The notes beneath the pieces were generated by a model. It ran no database searches. It saw only the letters and a program-made list of their open reading frames with translations, and was not told the DNA's origin. Of a stretch of 24,000 nucleotides of DNA, positions 10,402 through 18,992 are shown piece by piece. The first letter of the stretch is position 1. Each line of letters opens with the position of its first letter. The position numbers and the translations under genes are program-made. Origin of the DNA: an uncultured Sphingobacteriales bacterium (lineage in GTDB: Bacteria > Bacteroidota > Bacteroidia > Chitinophagales > Chitinophagaceae); contig CAWGLH010000007.1 of NCBI GenBank assembly GCA_963823365.1, positions 831,680 to 855,679 of the forward strand. The letters run 5' to 3'.

Positions 10402-10773
10402 ATGGCATTACAGGATAAATACAAGGAGCTCATTCAGTATGCAAGTGGAAATGGCATTACCAACCTGAATATTGTTGAACAGGAAAGCGTATTATATGTG
10501 ACCTGCACCGCGCCAAACCACCAGGCCAAGGATCATATCTGGAATTTATATGAAAAAGCAGATCCGGAAATGCGTTCAGCTGACATGGTACTGAATGTTA
10601 CCGTAGACCAGTCTGTTCCTGAAACGTATGAAGTAAAATCAGGCGATAACCTTTCAAAGATCGCCAAAAATTATTCCGGTGTCAGTTGGAAGGATATTTA
10701 TGAAGCAAACAGGGATATATTGAAAGACCCTGATAAAATATTCCCGGGGCAGGTGTTAAAAATACCTGTATAA
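10402..10773 (+). CDS. Small LysM-domain protein without a signal peptide
   Basis: Intact 123-aa ORF. The C-terminal YEVKSGDNLSKIAKNYSGVSWKDIYEANRDILKDPDKIFPGQVLKIP is a canonical LysM. The N-terminal 70 aa has no hydrophobic leader. Confidence 0.8.
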   Translation: MALQDKYKELIQYASGNGITNLNIVEQESVLYVTCTAPNHQAKDHIWNLYEKADPEMRSADMVLNVTVDQSVPETYEVKSGDNLSKIAKNYSGVSWKDIYEANRDILKDPDKIFPGQVLKIPV

Positions 10774-10777
10774 AAAT

Positions 10778-10812
10778 AAAAAAAGGCTTCCGGTTATGTG
10801 AAGCCTTTTTTT
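10778..10812. terminator. Bidirectional intrinsic terminator between the convergent LysM and phosphosugar mutase genes
   Basis: AAAAAAAGGCTTC (10778-10790) / GAAGCCTTTTTTT (10800-10812) with a 9-nt loop. The A-tract and T-tract flank the GC core symmetrically. Confidence 0.8.
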
Positions 10813-10831
10813 ATTGTATACCGTTTCCTGT

Positions 10832-12556
10832 TCAGGGATTTAGGTCCTGAATAATATTTTTAATCTTCTGATCAAGGCTGGCACTCACTGCATCATAGGA
10901 AACTTTATCTGCCAGTTTGGTATGAACGCTGAAATAAAATTTAATCTTGGGCTCGGTTCCGGATGGCCTTGCACTGATCTTGCTTCCATCAGCAAGAATG
11001 AACTGGAGCACATTACTTTTCGGAAGCTGGATGGCCCAGCTTTCACCTGTCTGTAAATTCTTTCCTTCCCTTTTTTCATAATCGAGAAGGGTAACCACTG
11101 AAGAACCGCCTAATGCAGCAGGCGGACTGTTGCGGAACTGTTCCATCATGGCAGCGATCTGCTGCTGTCCATCCATCCCTTTTTTAGTAATGGAGATCAG
11201 GTGTTCCTTATAGAATCCATATTCCACATAAAGGTCCAGCAGTTTTTCAAACAGGCTTTTGCCTTTATCTTTTTCATACGCCGCCATTTCACATAATATG
11301 GCCACTGCACTTACCGCATCTTTATCCCTTAGCCTGTCTCCAAGCATGAGTCCATATGATTCCTCTCCGCCAATCACATAATTTTCCGTTGCTTCTTTTT
11401 CTTTGATCAGTTCTGCGATCCATTTAAAACCGGTCAGGACATTATAACATTTTACACCATTCTTTTTTGCGAACTCATCAATCATATCCGTCGTAACAAT
11501 GGTTTTAACCACCATATCATTTGGTTGTGCAAGTCCTTTCGCTTTCCTGGCTTCTATCATATAATTGAATGCCAGCACTGCAGTCTGGTTACCGTTTACA
11601 AGCACCCAGTTACCCTTATGGTCTTTAACGCCGATCCCCACCCTGTCTGCATCAGGATCTGTACCTAAAAGAATATCCGCATCCAGTTCCCGGGCTTTAT
11701 TCAAGCCAATGTTCATCGCCTCGCTTTCTTCCGGGTTGGGGTATACCACCGTAGGGAAATTACCATCCGGGACGATTTGCTCTTCCACCAGGTGAACATT
11801 GGTAAAACCTGCCCTTTTCAAAACTTCCGGAACAAGCATGATGCCTGTACCATGAATTGGCGTAAATACAATTTTGAGGTCTTTTTGCCTGGCAATCACT
11901 TCAGGGTATACACTAAGGCTTTTCACCATTTCATAATATGCCTCATCCATCTCTGGACCGATCAGTGTGATATTTTTTTCACCACCGCTCCATTTAACAT
12001 CATCCAGGGAGGTAATCTTGTCCACTTCGGTGATAACATTCTTATCATGAGGCGGCACCAGTTGTCCGCCATCATTCCAGTAGGCTTTGTATCCATTATA
12101 TTCCTTGGGATTATGGGATGCCGTGCATACCACGCCTCCCTGGCATTTCAATTGCCGAATGGCAAAAGATAATTCCGGTGTTGGCCGAAGGCTTTCAAAC
12201 AGGTATACCTGTATACCATTAGCCGCCATTACATTGGCCGTAATCTCTGCAAATGTTCTGCTGTTATTCCGGCTGTCATGGGCAATAGCCACCTTAACCG
12301 ATTCACCGGGAAAGCTTTTTTTCAGGTAATTCGCATAACCCTGGGTAGCCATTCCTACCGTGTATTTATTGATCCTGTTGGTACCAACACCCATAATACC
12401 GCGGAGACCGCCGGTACCAAATTCAAGGTTGCGGTAAAAAGCGTCTGCAAGTTCCTTTTGATTTTCCGATTCGAGCTTTTTTATAGCCGATTTCGTGTTT
12501 TCATCATAGTTACCTTCTAGCCAGGCATTTACCCTTTGCTGAATCACAGCATCCAT
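10832..12556 (-). CDS. Phospho-sugar mutase (alpha-D-phosphohexomutase family, PgcA/PGM2-like phosphoglucomutase/phosphomannomutase)
   Basis: Intact 574-aa ORF with all four family motifs: CTASHNPKEYNGYK (phosphoserine loop), GTDPDADRVG (metal), GGEESYG (sugar), ARPSGTEPKIKFY (phosphate). Confidence 0.9.
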   Translation of the reverse strand: MDAVIQQRVNAWLEGNYDENTKSAIKKLESENQKELADAFYRNLEFGTGGLRGIMGVGTNRINKYTVGMATQGYANYLKKSFPGESVKVAIAHDSRNNSRTFAEITANVMAANGIQVYLFESLRPTPELSFAIRQLKCQGGVVCTASHNPKEYNGYKAYWNDGGQLVPPHDKNVITEVDKITSLDDVKWSGGEKNITLIGPEMDEAYYEMVKSLSVYPEVIARQKDLKIVFTPIHGTGIMLVPEVLKRAGFTNVHLVEEQIVPDGNFPTVVYPNPEESEAMNIGLNKARELDADILLGTDPDADRVGIGVKDHKGNWVLVNGNQTAVLAFNYMIEARKAKGLAQPNDMVVKTIVTTDMIDEFAKKNGVKCYNVLTGFKWIAELIKEKEATENYVIGGEESYGLMLGDRLRDKDAVSAVAILCEMAAYEKDKGKSLFEKLLDLYVEYGFYKEHLISITKKGMDGQQQIAAMMEQFRNSPPAALGGSSVVTLLDYEKREGKNLQTGESWAIQLPKSNVLQFILADGSKISARPSGTEPKIKFYFSVHTKLADKVSYDAVSASLDQKIKNIIQDLNP

Positions 12557-12587
12557 ATGTAATAATTTTATTCTGAAAGATAGGAAG

Positions 12588-13582
12588 ATGAAGGTATTGA
12601 ATTTTACAAATTGGAACGCTTTGGGAAGGTATTTGTATTTTTGGCTTGTTGTACCGGAAACTCCTCATACCCCTCTTGCTGTTATACAACCTTCAGCTGA
12701 AGGCACAGGACAGCCTGACCTCATCCACATACACAGGTTCCCCATAAAGGAAGAATATGGCTGGTGGCCGGGGCACAGACAGCACTATGGGCTGGTTCAT
12801 TCATCGCCCTCAATCAAGCATGGTACGCCGATTATCCAAAGGAACCATTTCACACTTTTAATGACTGGGATGAATGGCAGCAGATGGACAAGGCAGGCCA
12901 TGTATGGACAAGTTACCAGATCAGCCGTATTTCGGGAGATATCTGGAAGTGGACAGGTATACAGCGGAAAAAAGCCATCTGGCTGGGTGGCATTAGCGCC
13001 ATTGCTTACCAGAGTATCATTGAAATACAGGATGGTTTCTCTGCCGAATGGGGATTCAGCTGGGGTGATATGGCCATGAACATAGCCGGTTCGATGGCCT
13101 ATGTGAGCCAGGAACTGATCTGGAATGAACAGCGCATCCAGGTTAAGTTCAGTTATTTTCCGTATTCCTATCCTGCTGATGTCAGTGCACGTGCAGATGA
13201 ATTATTTGGAACGGGAGGCATGGAAAGGGTATTGAAAGATTATAACAGCCAGACTTACTGGATAAGCGCCAATCTTCGTTCATTCATGCCCGATAGCAGG
13301 ATTCCACGATGGCTTAATTTGTCGGTCGGTTATAATGCAAGGCTTATGCTGGGAGGAGAGGACAATATTTGGACCGATGAAAGCGGTATGGTGACTGACA
13401 GATCTGATATAGAGCGTTACCGCAGGTTTTTTCTATCTGCTGATGTTGACCTGACAAAAATAAAAACGAGGAAAAAATGGTTAAAGTCCGTTTTCTCGCT
13501 GGTAAATTCTATCAAGATTCCGGCACCTGCGCTGGAATGGAATACAAAAGGGGAATTTAAAGTGCATGGGCTGTATTTCTGA
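12588..13582 (+). CDS. DUF2279-like (predicted envelope/lipoprotein) protein. About 2 frameshifts in the N-terminal 180 nt as assembled.
   Basis: The main ORF 12764-13582 extends upstream in frame to a TGA at 12716: KGRIWLVAGAQTALWAGSFIALNQAWYADYPK..DKAGHVWTSYQ. A signal-like YRKLLIPLLLLYNLQLKAQ sits in another frame (12652-12745), and ATG 12588 is in a third. The family call is from memory and the exact start is uncertain. Confidence 0.6.
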
Positions 13583-14084
13583 TCATTCGAGGTAGGCCCC
13601 CGTTATCCTGTCTCCTTCAACGTCAAGGTATATATGTTCCTGCAGCGTGGTGGAAAGTGAGATGCCAACATAATCTGGCCTGACAGGATATTTCTTATGG
13701 CTTCTTTCCACCATCACCAGTATCTGTATTTTTTTCGGGTAGCTTTGAAGTAAAGGCTTAAGGGCATATAATCAGTGTTTTACCACTATTCGCAACATCA
13801 TCAACAAGGATCACCACCTTATCATTAAAATCAATTTGCGTATCCATTTCCACTGCTGAAGGGTGCTTTTTATCGAGTGACATGCCAATCAATTGGAAAC
13901 TGGTGTCAGAAATCTCCTTCAGCAATTCCATTAGTTTTTGTGCAATGAGGTAACCGTTTTGTTTAATGCCTGCAAGGATTACATGAGATTCCCCAATGTT
14001 GTTTTCCAGGATTTCATAGGCCATTCTCTTCAGCTTCTTTTCCGCCACATCGGCACTTAGTATATAATTTTTTTCAGTCGACAT
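13583..14084 (-). CDS. Phosphoribosyltransferase-family protein (PyrR-like). One frameshift as assembled.
   Basis: The PRPP-binding loop VVILVDDVANSGKTL lies in ORF 13758-14084. After a shift near 13755-13765 the homology continues: YALKPLLQSYPKKIQILVMVERSHKKYPVRPDYVGISLSTTLQEHIYLDVEGDRITGAYLE, with its stop at 13583-13585. That stop directly abuts the stop of the convergent gene (13580-13582). Confidence 0.75.
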
Positions 14085-14137
14085 ATTGCCTATTACAGTT
14101 ATATAGGGTGTAAATTAGCAAATTGTAACTAACGATT

Positions 14138-15454
14138 ATGGAATTGATTCAGCAAATACTGTTTGTTCTGCTGGCAGGGGCTGCCATTTGGTTCTTTGCC
14201 AGGAAAACAGGTGAATTAAAAAGGAACATCAACCTGGGCAGGCCGGAAGACTTTAGTGGCCACACCGGTGAACGTTGGAAGAATGTTTTGCTGTTAGCCT
14301 TTGGCCAGAAGAAAATGTTCAGAAAACCACTGGTGGCCATCATGCACTTTGTTATCTATGCAGGTTTCATTATCATCAACCTGGAAGTGCTTGAAATCAT
14401 GCTCGATGGAATCCTGGGAACGCACAGGTTGTTTGCCGCACCATTGGGTGCTATTTATCCCTGGTTGATTAATGCCTTTGAATTCCTGGCTATAGGTGTG
14501 ATCATCGTTTGTATTATATTCCTGGCAAGAAGAAACCTCCTGAAGGTTAAAAGGCTGAACCAGGAGGAACTGGATGGCTGGCCACGCAATGATGCCAATA
14601 TCATACTGGTGACAGAAATTATCCTGATGAGCCTTTTTCTCACGATGAATGCCAGTGACACCATTTTGCAATCAAGGGCCTACGGTCATTATGCAAACCA
14701 CCTCACAGGCAATTTCCTCTTCTCCGGAATCCTGCAGACTCTTTTTCTCAATATGTCAGATGCTTCACTGGTGGTTCTGGAGAGATCTGCATGGTGGTTG
14801 CACATCATCGGGATTTTTGCTTTCCTGAACTACCTTCCATGGTCAAAACACCTTCATATCATATTTGCTTTTCCCAATGCATATTACGCCAGGCTGGCCC
14901 CGCAGGGTAAGATGCAGAATATGCCTGACATACAAAAGGAAGTTTTGTATGCCATGCAGCCTGAACTGATTCCGGCCGGTGCGGAGGATCAACCCAAACG
15001 GTTTGGGGCAAAGGATATCATGGACTTAAGCTGGAGGAACCTGCTCGATGCCTATAGTTGCACCGAATGCGGGCGCTGCACAGCTGCCTGTCCGGCTAAC
15101 ATCACAGGTAAAAAACTTTCACCCCGGAAAATCATGATGGATACCCGCGACCGGATGGAGGAAGTGGGTAAAAACATCCGGCTAAACGGAAATTTTAATG
15201 ACGATGGGAAATCGCTGCTGCATGATTATATCAGCCAGGAAGAAATAAGGGCATGTACTACCTGCAATGCCTGTGTTGAAGAGTGCCCCGTTTCAATAAG
15301 TCCGCTTGATATCATATTACAATTACGCAGGTTCCAGGCTATGGAAGAAAGTAATGTTCCTGTAGAATGGAGCGGCATGTTCAGCAATACAGAAAACAAC
15401 TTTGCACCGTGGAAATTTTCTCCGGATGACCGTGACCGTTGGGTAGAGGGTTAA
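14138..15454 (+). CDS. Membrane-bound Fe-S protein: polytopic N-terminal domain plus 2x[4Fe-4S] ferredoxin domain (N-terminal half of an HdrD/DsrMK-like oxidoreductase). No CCG domain.
   Basis: Intact 438-aa ORF with about 5 hydrophobic helices carrying conserved-looking His residues (MHFVIYAGFIIINL, WWLHIIGIFAF, SKHLHIIFAFP). Two CX2CX2CX3CP motifs follow: CTECGRCTAACP and CTTCNACVEECP. Confidence 0.85.
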   Translation: MELIQQILFVLLAGAAIWFFARKTGELKRNINLGRPEDFSGHTGERWKNVLLLAFGQKKMFRKPLVAIMHFVIYAGFIIINLEVLEIMLDGILGTHRLFAAPLGAIYPWLINAFEFLAIGVIIVCIIFLARRNLLKVKRLNQEELDGWPRNDANIILVTEIILMSLFLTMNASDTILQSRAYGHYANHLTGNFLFSGILQTLFLNMSDASLVVLERSAWWLHIIGIFAFLNYLPWSKHLHIIFAFPNAYYARLAPQGKMQNMPDIQKEVLYAMQPELIPAGAEDQPKRFGAKDIMDLSWRNLLDAYSCTECGRCTAACPANITGKKLSPRKIMMDTRDRMEEVGKNIRLNGNFNDDGKSLLHDYISQEEIRACTTCNACVEECPVSISPLDIILQLRRFQAMEESNVPVEWSGMFSNTENNFAPWKFSPDDRDRWVEG

Positions 15455-16110
15455 CTGTTTTCTTCCTGCATTGTGGAAATGAGGTCCTTATGGCGTGCCA
15501 TTCTTATCGCTTGTATGATGGCGGTAACCAGGAAAATCAAGCCTATAACAAGGTTAACCACATCCTGGCGTGTATTCAGTTTTTCCACCAGCAGCCTGCC
15601 CCCGAATATAAATATGCAATGACCAATGATGGTACCTATGCCAATACCCGCCATATAAGTGAGGAACACACTTTCTTTGGGCGGCAGCAGATTCTTTGAC
15701 GCCAGTATTGAACTCCAGCCAAACCAGAAAGGTACCTGTAAGGGATTAATGGCACTCATGCCAACCCCCAGCCAGAAACGGTGAATGGTATTTGACAAAA
15801 TGGGACTTGCCTTTACTGATGGGTTCAACGCTGTATAAAAACTGGAAACTGCCAGCGCCATGATCAAAGCCAGGGTAAACCACTCCATACCCAGTAACAG
15901 TCTTTTATGTTTTCTGAACCAATTCATCGCCACAAGGGTAATCCTGACATAAATGATTTCCACCAGCACTGCCCCCGCGGAAAAATATAATGCCGGCCTG
16001 ATCCCGTCTGACAATGAAATCTGCATGGCTGAAATATTCAGCGTGCCCATGGGAAGTGTTCCCAGGAAACTGATGAACATACCGGTCATGAATAAGCGAA
16101 AAAAAGGCAT
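15451..16110 (-). CDS. LysE/RhtB-family amino-acid-type exporter
   Basis: Intact 219-aa ORF, hydrophobic throughout (about 6 helices). The N-terminus FISFLGTLPMGTLN and overall size fit the LysE superfamily. Its stop overlaps the Fe-S gene stop within GTTAAC (15450-15455). Confidence 0.75.
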   Translation of the reverse strand: MPFFRLFMTGMFISFLGTLPMGTLNISAMQISLSDGIRPALYFSAGAVLVEIIYVRITLVAMNWFRKHKRLLLGMEWFTLALIMALAVSSFYTALNPSVKASPILSNTIHRFWLGVGMSAINPLQVPFWFGWSSILASKNLLPPKESVFLTYMAGIGIGTIIGHCIFIFGGRLLVEKLNTRQDVVNLVIGLIFLVTAIIQAIRMARHKDLISTMQEENS

Positions 16111-16118
16111 TAATGAAA

Positions 16119-17185
16119 TTATTGAATTTGTGCCGACATGGCAAGCAGTATTTCCGAGTTTTTCTTCTCGTCCCGGAACATTTTAACCCCATCCCTGAAT
16201 GAAAGGTAGGGAATGCCCTTCTTATGGTTTTTCCGGCTGATTTTCTCCATTATACTCCAGTGGCGTATGATTTCTTTCCATGCAAAAAAAACGGAATGAG
16301 ACGGGTCATACATATGGGTTGGTTCAGCGCCGGCGCCATTTACTTCAATAATTACGAGATCCTTGCCCTCCTTTAACCTGTCCCAGCTGAGATACCGTAT
16401 ATCGAACCTCCCGTAATAAAAACCAGGGATTGATTTACTGATTGCATCAATGGTATCTTCAAGCTGCTTATCACACCAGGCAGTACAATCAAGGAACTTT
16501 GAACCCCGTGCATGATTTCCATAAGGCGAAACCACTCTTTGTTCGCCTTCCGGAATCACTTCATCCAGCCGGCCATGGTGCATGGCTTCAAGGCTTTTCG
16601 AGGTACATGATACTCCTGCTGTCGGCTTTCAGCAATTGAAGGAGGTTATCTTTTCCATTACCCGTTACTGTTAAAAACTGCTTGCCAACAATTCCTGATA
16701 TATGGCCTTTTTCAGCATCCGGGTAACGGTAATAAAAAATACCTGCTTCACACGGGTAATCAATATACTCCTGGATATGATAATCAAGCAGGGCCTTATG
16801 GGAATAATGGATCACATCATTTTCATTTTGAAGCAATTTTACCCCCCTTCCCTTCCCGCCAATATCCGGCTTACCGATGAGCGGGAATTTCAAGCCTGCT
16901 GTCCCGATGCCTTTTATGACTTCTGCGGCATCGGTTGAATGTTTGAAATGCAGTGTGCCGGGATATAAATTTTTTGGCAGGATTTCATGTATGTTTTTTT
17001 TTGATTCCCCGATCAATCCGCCATTTTCAATAGAGGGGTTTGATGCTGAAAAAAAGAAAAAAGATCTTGACCGGAGGCAAAAGAATAACCAGGCAGGAAT
17101 GGTCCAGAAATATACTGCGCCAAAAGACCAGTATTCCCAGTTTAAACAGCCTGATGAAAAAAGGATGATGAAAGATTTTTTTCAT
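16119..17185 (-). CDS. ATP-grasp family ligase (RimK/Ddl-like amidoligase) with an N-terminal hydrophobic anchor. 2 frameshifts as assembled.
   Basis: Motifs: FPLIGKPDIGGKGRGVKLL (P-loop-like ATP-grasp lysine region) and LVIIEVNGAGAEPTHMYDP (Mg/ATP E-x-N). ORFs 16588-17016 and 16119-16583 join at the aaaa run near 16590 (..SIMYLEK/LEAMHHGRLDEV..). The N-terminus MKKIFHHPFFIRLFKLGILVFWRSIF..LLPPVKIFFLFF starts at ATG 17183-17185 and joins after a shift near 17035-17045. The gene starts 5 nt after the NRDE stop and ends 8 nt before the LysE start. Confidence 0.75.
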
Positions 17186-17190
17186 ATTTA

Positions 17191-17919
17191 TTAATGGACG
17201 GAGGGACAGGGACTGAACATCAATCCTGAAATGGATAAGCGGTTATTGCGAAGGTCCTTGTAAATCATTTCACCGTTATCTTTTCCAATTTTCATTCCGG
17301 TTATACTTACCGTATATAACTCGCCGTTGCGGTTCATCAGGAGATCATTATGCTGATCGCCCTCGCCCGTAAACTGGTGAAAGTGCAGAATATCTTCAAG
17401 CACCGGATCCTTGCAGGCAATAAGCCATTCACGGAACCAGCCTTCACGGCGGGTCCTTATATCCCGGTCATATAATGTTACAGACGACCATATATGGGGC
17501 CTGGTCTCATCTTTGCGGGATATATGCCTGTTTTCTCCATCCCATACTCCTTCCAGTAGTTTACCATTATCCCAGCAAACTACTGTAAATGGCTCAATGT
17601 TATACAGGTCCAAAGACAAAAAAGCCGATGCAGGTGAAGGTTCAACGATCAGGTCAAGCAATACAAGGCCGCGGCTTTTCCGGTATGGCGGATCTGCGAT
17701 ATGTGCATCCGTTCCGCCATTTAATAATACCACAGCGTTGCCATTTGCATGCATGGCAATCCAGGTGCCTCCTGCCTCGGCGTCCTTAGGATATAAAACA
17801 TGGCCACCTGGTGATGAATATGCTACTGGTTCATGCGCATCCATACGGGTATGTTTCTCATCCCTGTTTGATACCAGGAAGATTTTATCCCTGGAAGGAA
17901 TAAAGGTTACTGTGCACAT
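17191..17919 (-). CDS. NRDE-family protein (PF05742 / TANGO2-like, Ntn-hydrolase fold with N-terminal Cys)
   Basis: Intact 242-aa ORF beginning MCTVTFIPSRDKIFLVSNRDE. It has Cys2 as the candidate Ntn nucleophile and the eponymous NRDE motif. Its start overlaps the upstream DinB gene by 13 nt. Confidence 0.8.
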   Translation of the reverse strand: MCTVTFIPSRDKIFLVSNRDEKHTRMDAHEPVAYSSPGGHVLYPKDAEAGGTWIAMHANGNAVVLLNGGTDAHIADPPYRKSRGLVLLDLIVEPSPASAFLSLDLYNIEPFTVVCWDNGKLLEGVWDGENRHISRKDETRPHIWSSVTLYDRDIRTRREGWFREWLIACKDPVLEDILHFHQFTGEGDQHNDLLMNRNGELYTVSITGMKIGKDNGEMIYKDLRNNRLSISGLMFSPCPSVH

Positions 17920-18407
17920 GACCTTTTATGCTTGACCGTTGCAGAAGCTACCCCGTAGGTTTCCGGTAATTCAATTTGAGTAAGTTCCTTCAGTCCAACC
18001 CTGATCAGTGCCATATGATGAATGGTATGTTCAAGATTATACACGATTTCACGGTAATAGTTGGTCGGGAATTGCATGAGGTTGGAGGAATCATCGTTAT
18101 AAACGCCTTCAAGCATCAGTGATTTATCGGGTTTACCCAGGCCCTGGTGTATTTCCCGGAGTTGCAGCATGGCGAATGCCATGTCCCTTTCTATCTGCTG
18201 GTCCCTTTTCCTGTTTTCGTAATTGACTATACCTGACTGATAGCCTTTTTCAAGGCATAAAAACATTTCAATGATATGCCTTACGTGCTGGCCGATGGTG
18301 GCTTCACTGAGATTCTGGCAGGGCTTTGCATACTCATCCGGACTAAGTGTTTCAAGGGATCCGGATAATTGAACAAAAACATTATTCACGGCTTGTTGCA
18401 ATTGCAT
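17907..18407 (-). CDS. DinB-fold protein (second in the window)
   Basis: Intact 166-aa ORF. It has a helical pattern with spaced His residues (IGQHVRHIIEMF ... YNLEHTIHHMALIRV), typical of the DinB/YfiT metal-binding triad. Confidence 0.65.
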   Translation of the reverse strand: MQLQQAVNNVFVQLSGSLETLSPDEYAKPCQNLSEATIGQHVRHIIEMFLCLEKGYQSGIVNYENRKRDQQIERDMAFAMLQLREIHQGLGKPDKSLMLEGVYNDDSSNLMQFPTNYYREIVYNLEHTIHHMALIRVGLKELTQIELPETYGVASATVKHKRSCAQ

Positions 18408-18445
18408 CAGTTCAAGTTAGTTTTCAAATATTTGGCAAATTAATA

Positions 18446-18987
18446 TTAATCCGCAAAGACTGACAAAAATATAATCAAATTGTCACTAAGTGAAATGCTT
18501 GATCCGCCAACATTGAATTCCCTCCGGTTAATACTGAATGACCCCGTAAACCTTGTTCCTCCTTGCTCCAGCGTTTTCGGTAAATGGAAAACTTATCTGT
18601 TTGATCCTTGTCCTTGATAAACAGTTTACCCGTTACCATGTATCTTCCGTCACTGGCCCGGGTCACCTTTTCTGATACAAAGGAAATTGCAGGAAACTTC
18701 TCAATATCCAGATAATCAGGTTTCTTCAGATGCCTGTCCCTCGCCCCGATCCCTGTATTAACCGAAGAAGCATCAACCCTTGCTTCGAAAGATGCTGCCC
18801 CGGGATTATTTTTATCAAACGTAATATTCCCCGAAAGCCCTGAGAAACTGCCATTCACCGCTATGCCCAGGTTCCTGATCCTGAATTTCACGGTAGACTT
18901 GCCACCCACTAAACGTAGCTGGCCAAGGCCGCTTAAGCAGGTCAGCATTACAACAGCAAAAAAAATCAGGTACCTGGAAATCCACAT
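18446..18987 (-). CDS. YceI-family (polyisoprenoid/lipid-binding) periplasmic protein. 2 frameshifts near the 3' end as assembled.
   Basis: Signal peptide MWISRYLIFFAVVMLTCLSG, then STVKFRIRNLGIAVNGSFSGLSGNITFD..SVNTGIGARDRHLKKPDYLDIEKFPAISF..YMVTGKLFIKD. The family C-terminus is recovered only after shifts near 18590 and 18545: SFPFTENAG.. then FTGSFSINRREFNVGGSSISLSDNLIIFLSVFAD, stop 18446-18448. The track ORF ends at 18475. Confidence 0.8.
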
Positions 18988-18992
18988 GTTTT

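Noticed and set aside
16119-17185. Interpreting the ATP-grasp gene as a graspetide (microviridin-type) RiPP ligase
   Set aside because: The spacers in the operon are 5-38 nt, which leaves no room for a precursor-peptide ORF. No GNAT, C39-peptidase or ABC-transporter partner is present, and the N-terminal membrane anchor is atypical for that class.
18461-18485. TGACA-N15-TGTCA upstream of the DinB gene, sharing half-sites with the 20246-20263 dyad
   Set aside because: The arms are everted and spaced by 15 nt, which is incompatible with the same dimer geometry. The element lies inside the reconstructed YceI coding 3' end, and 5-mers of this kind are expected by chance.
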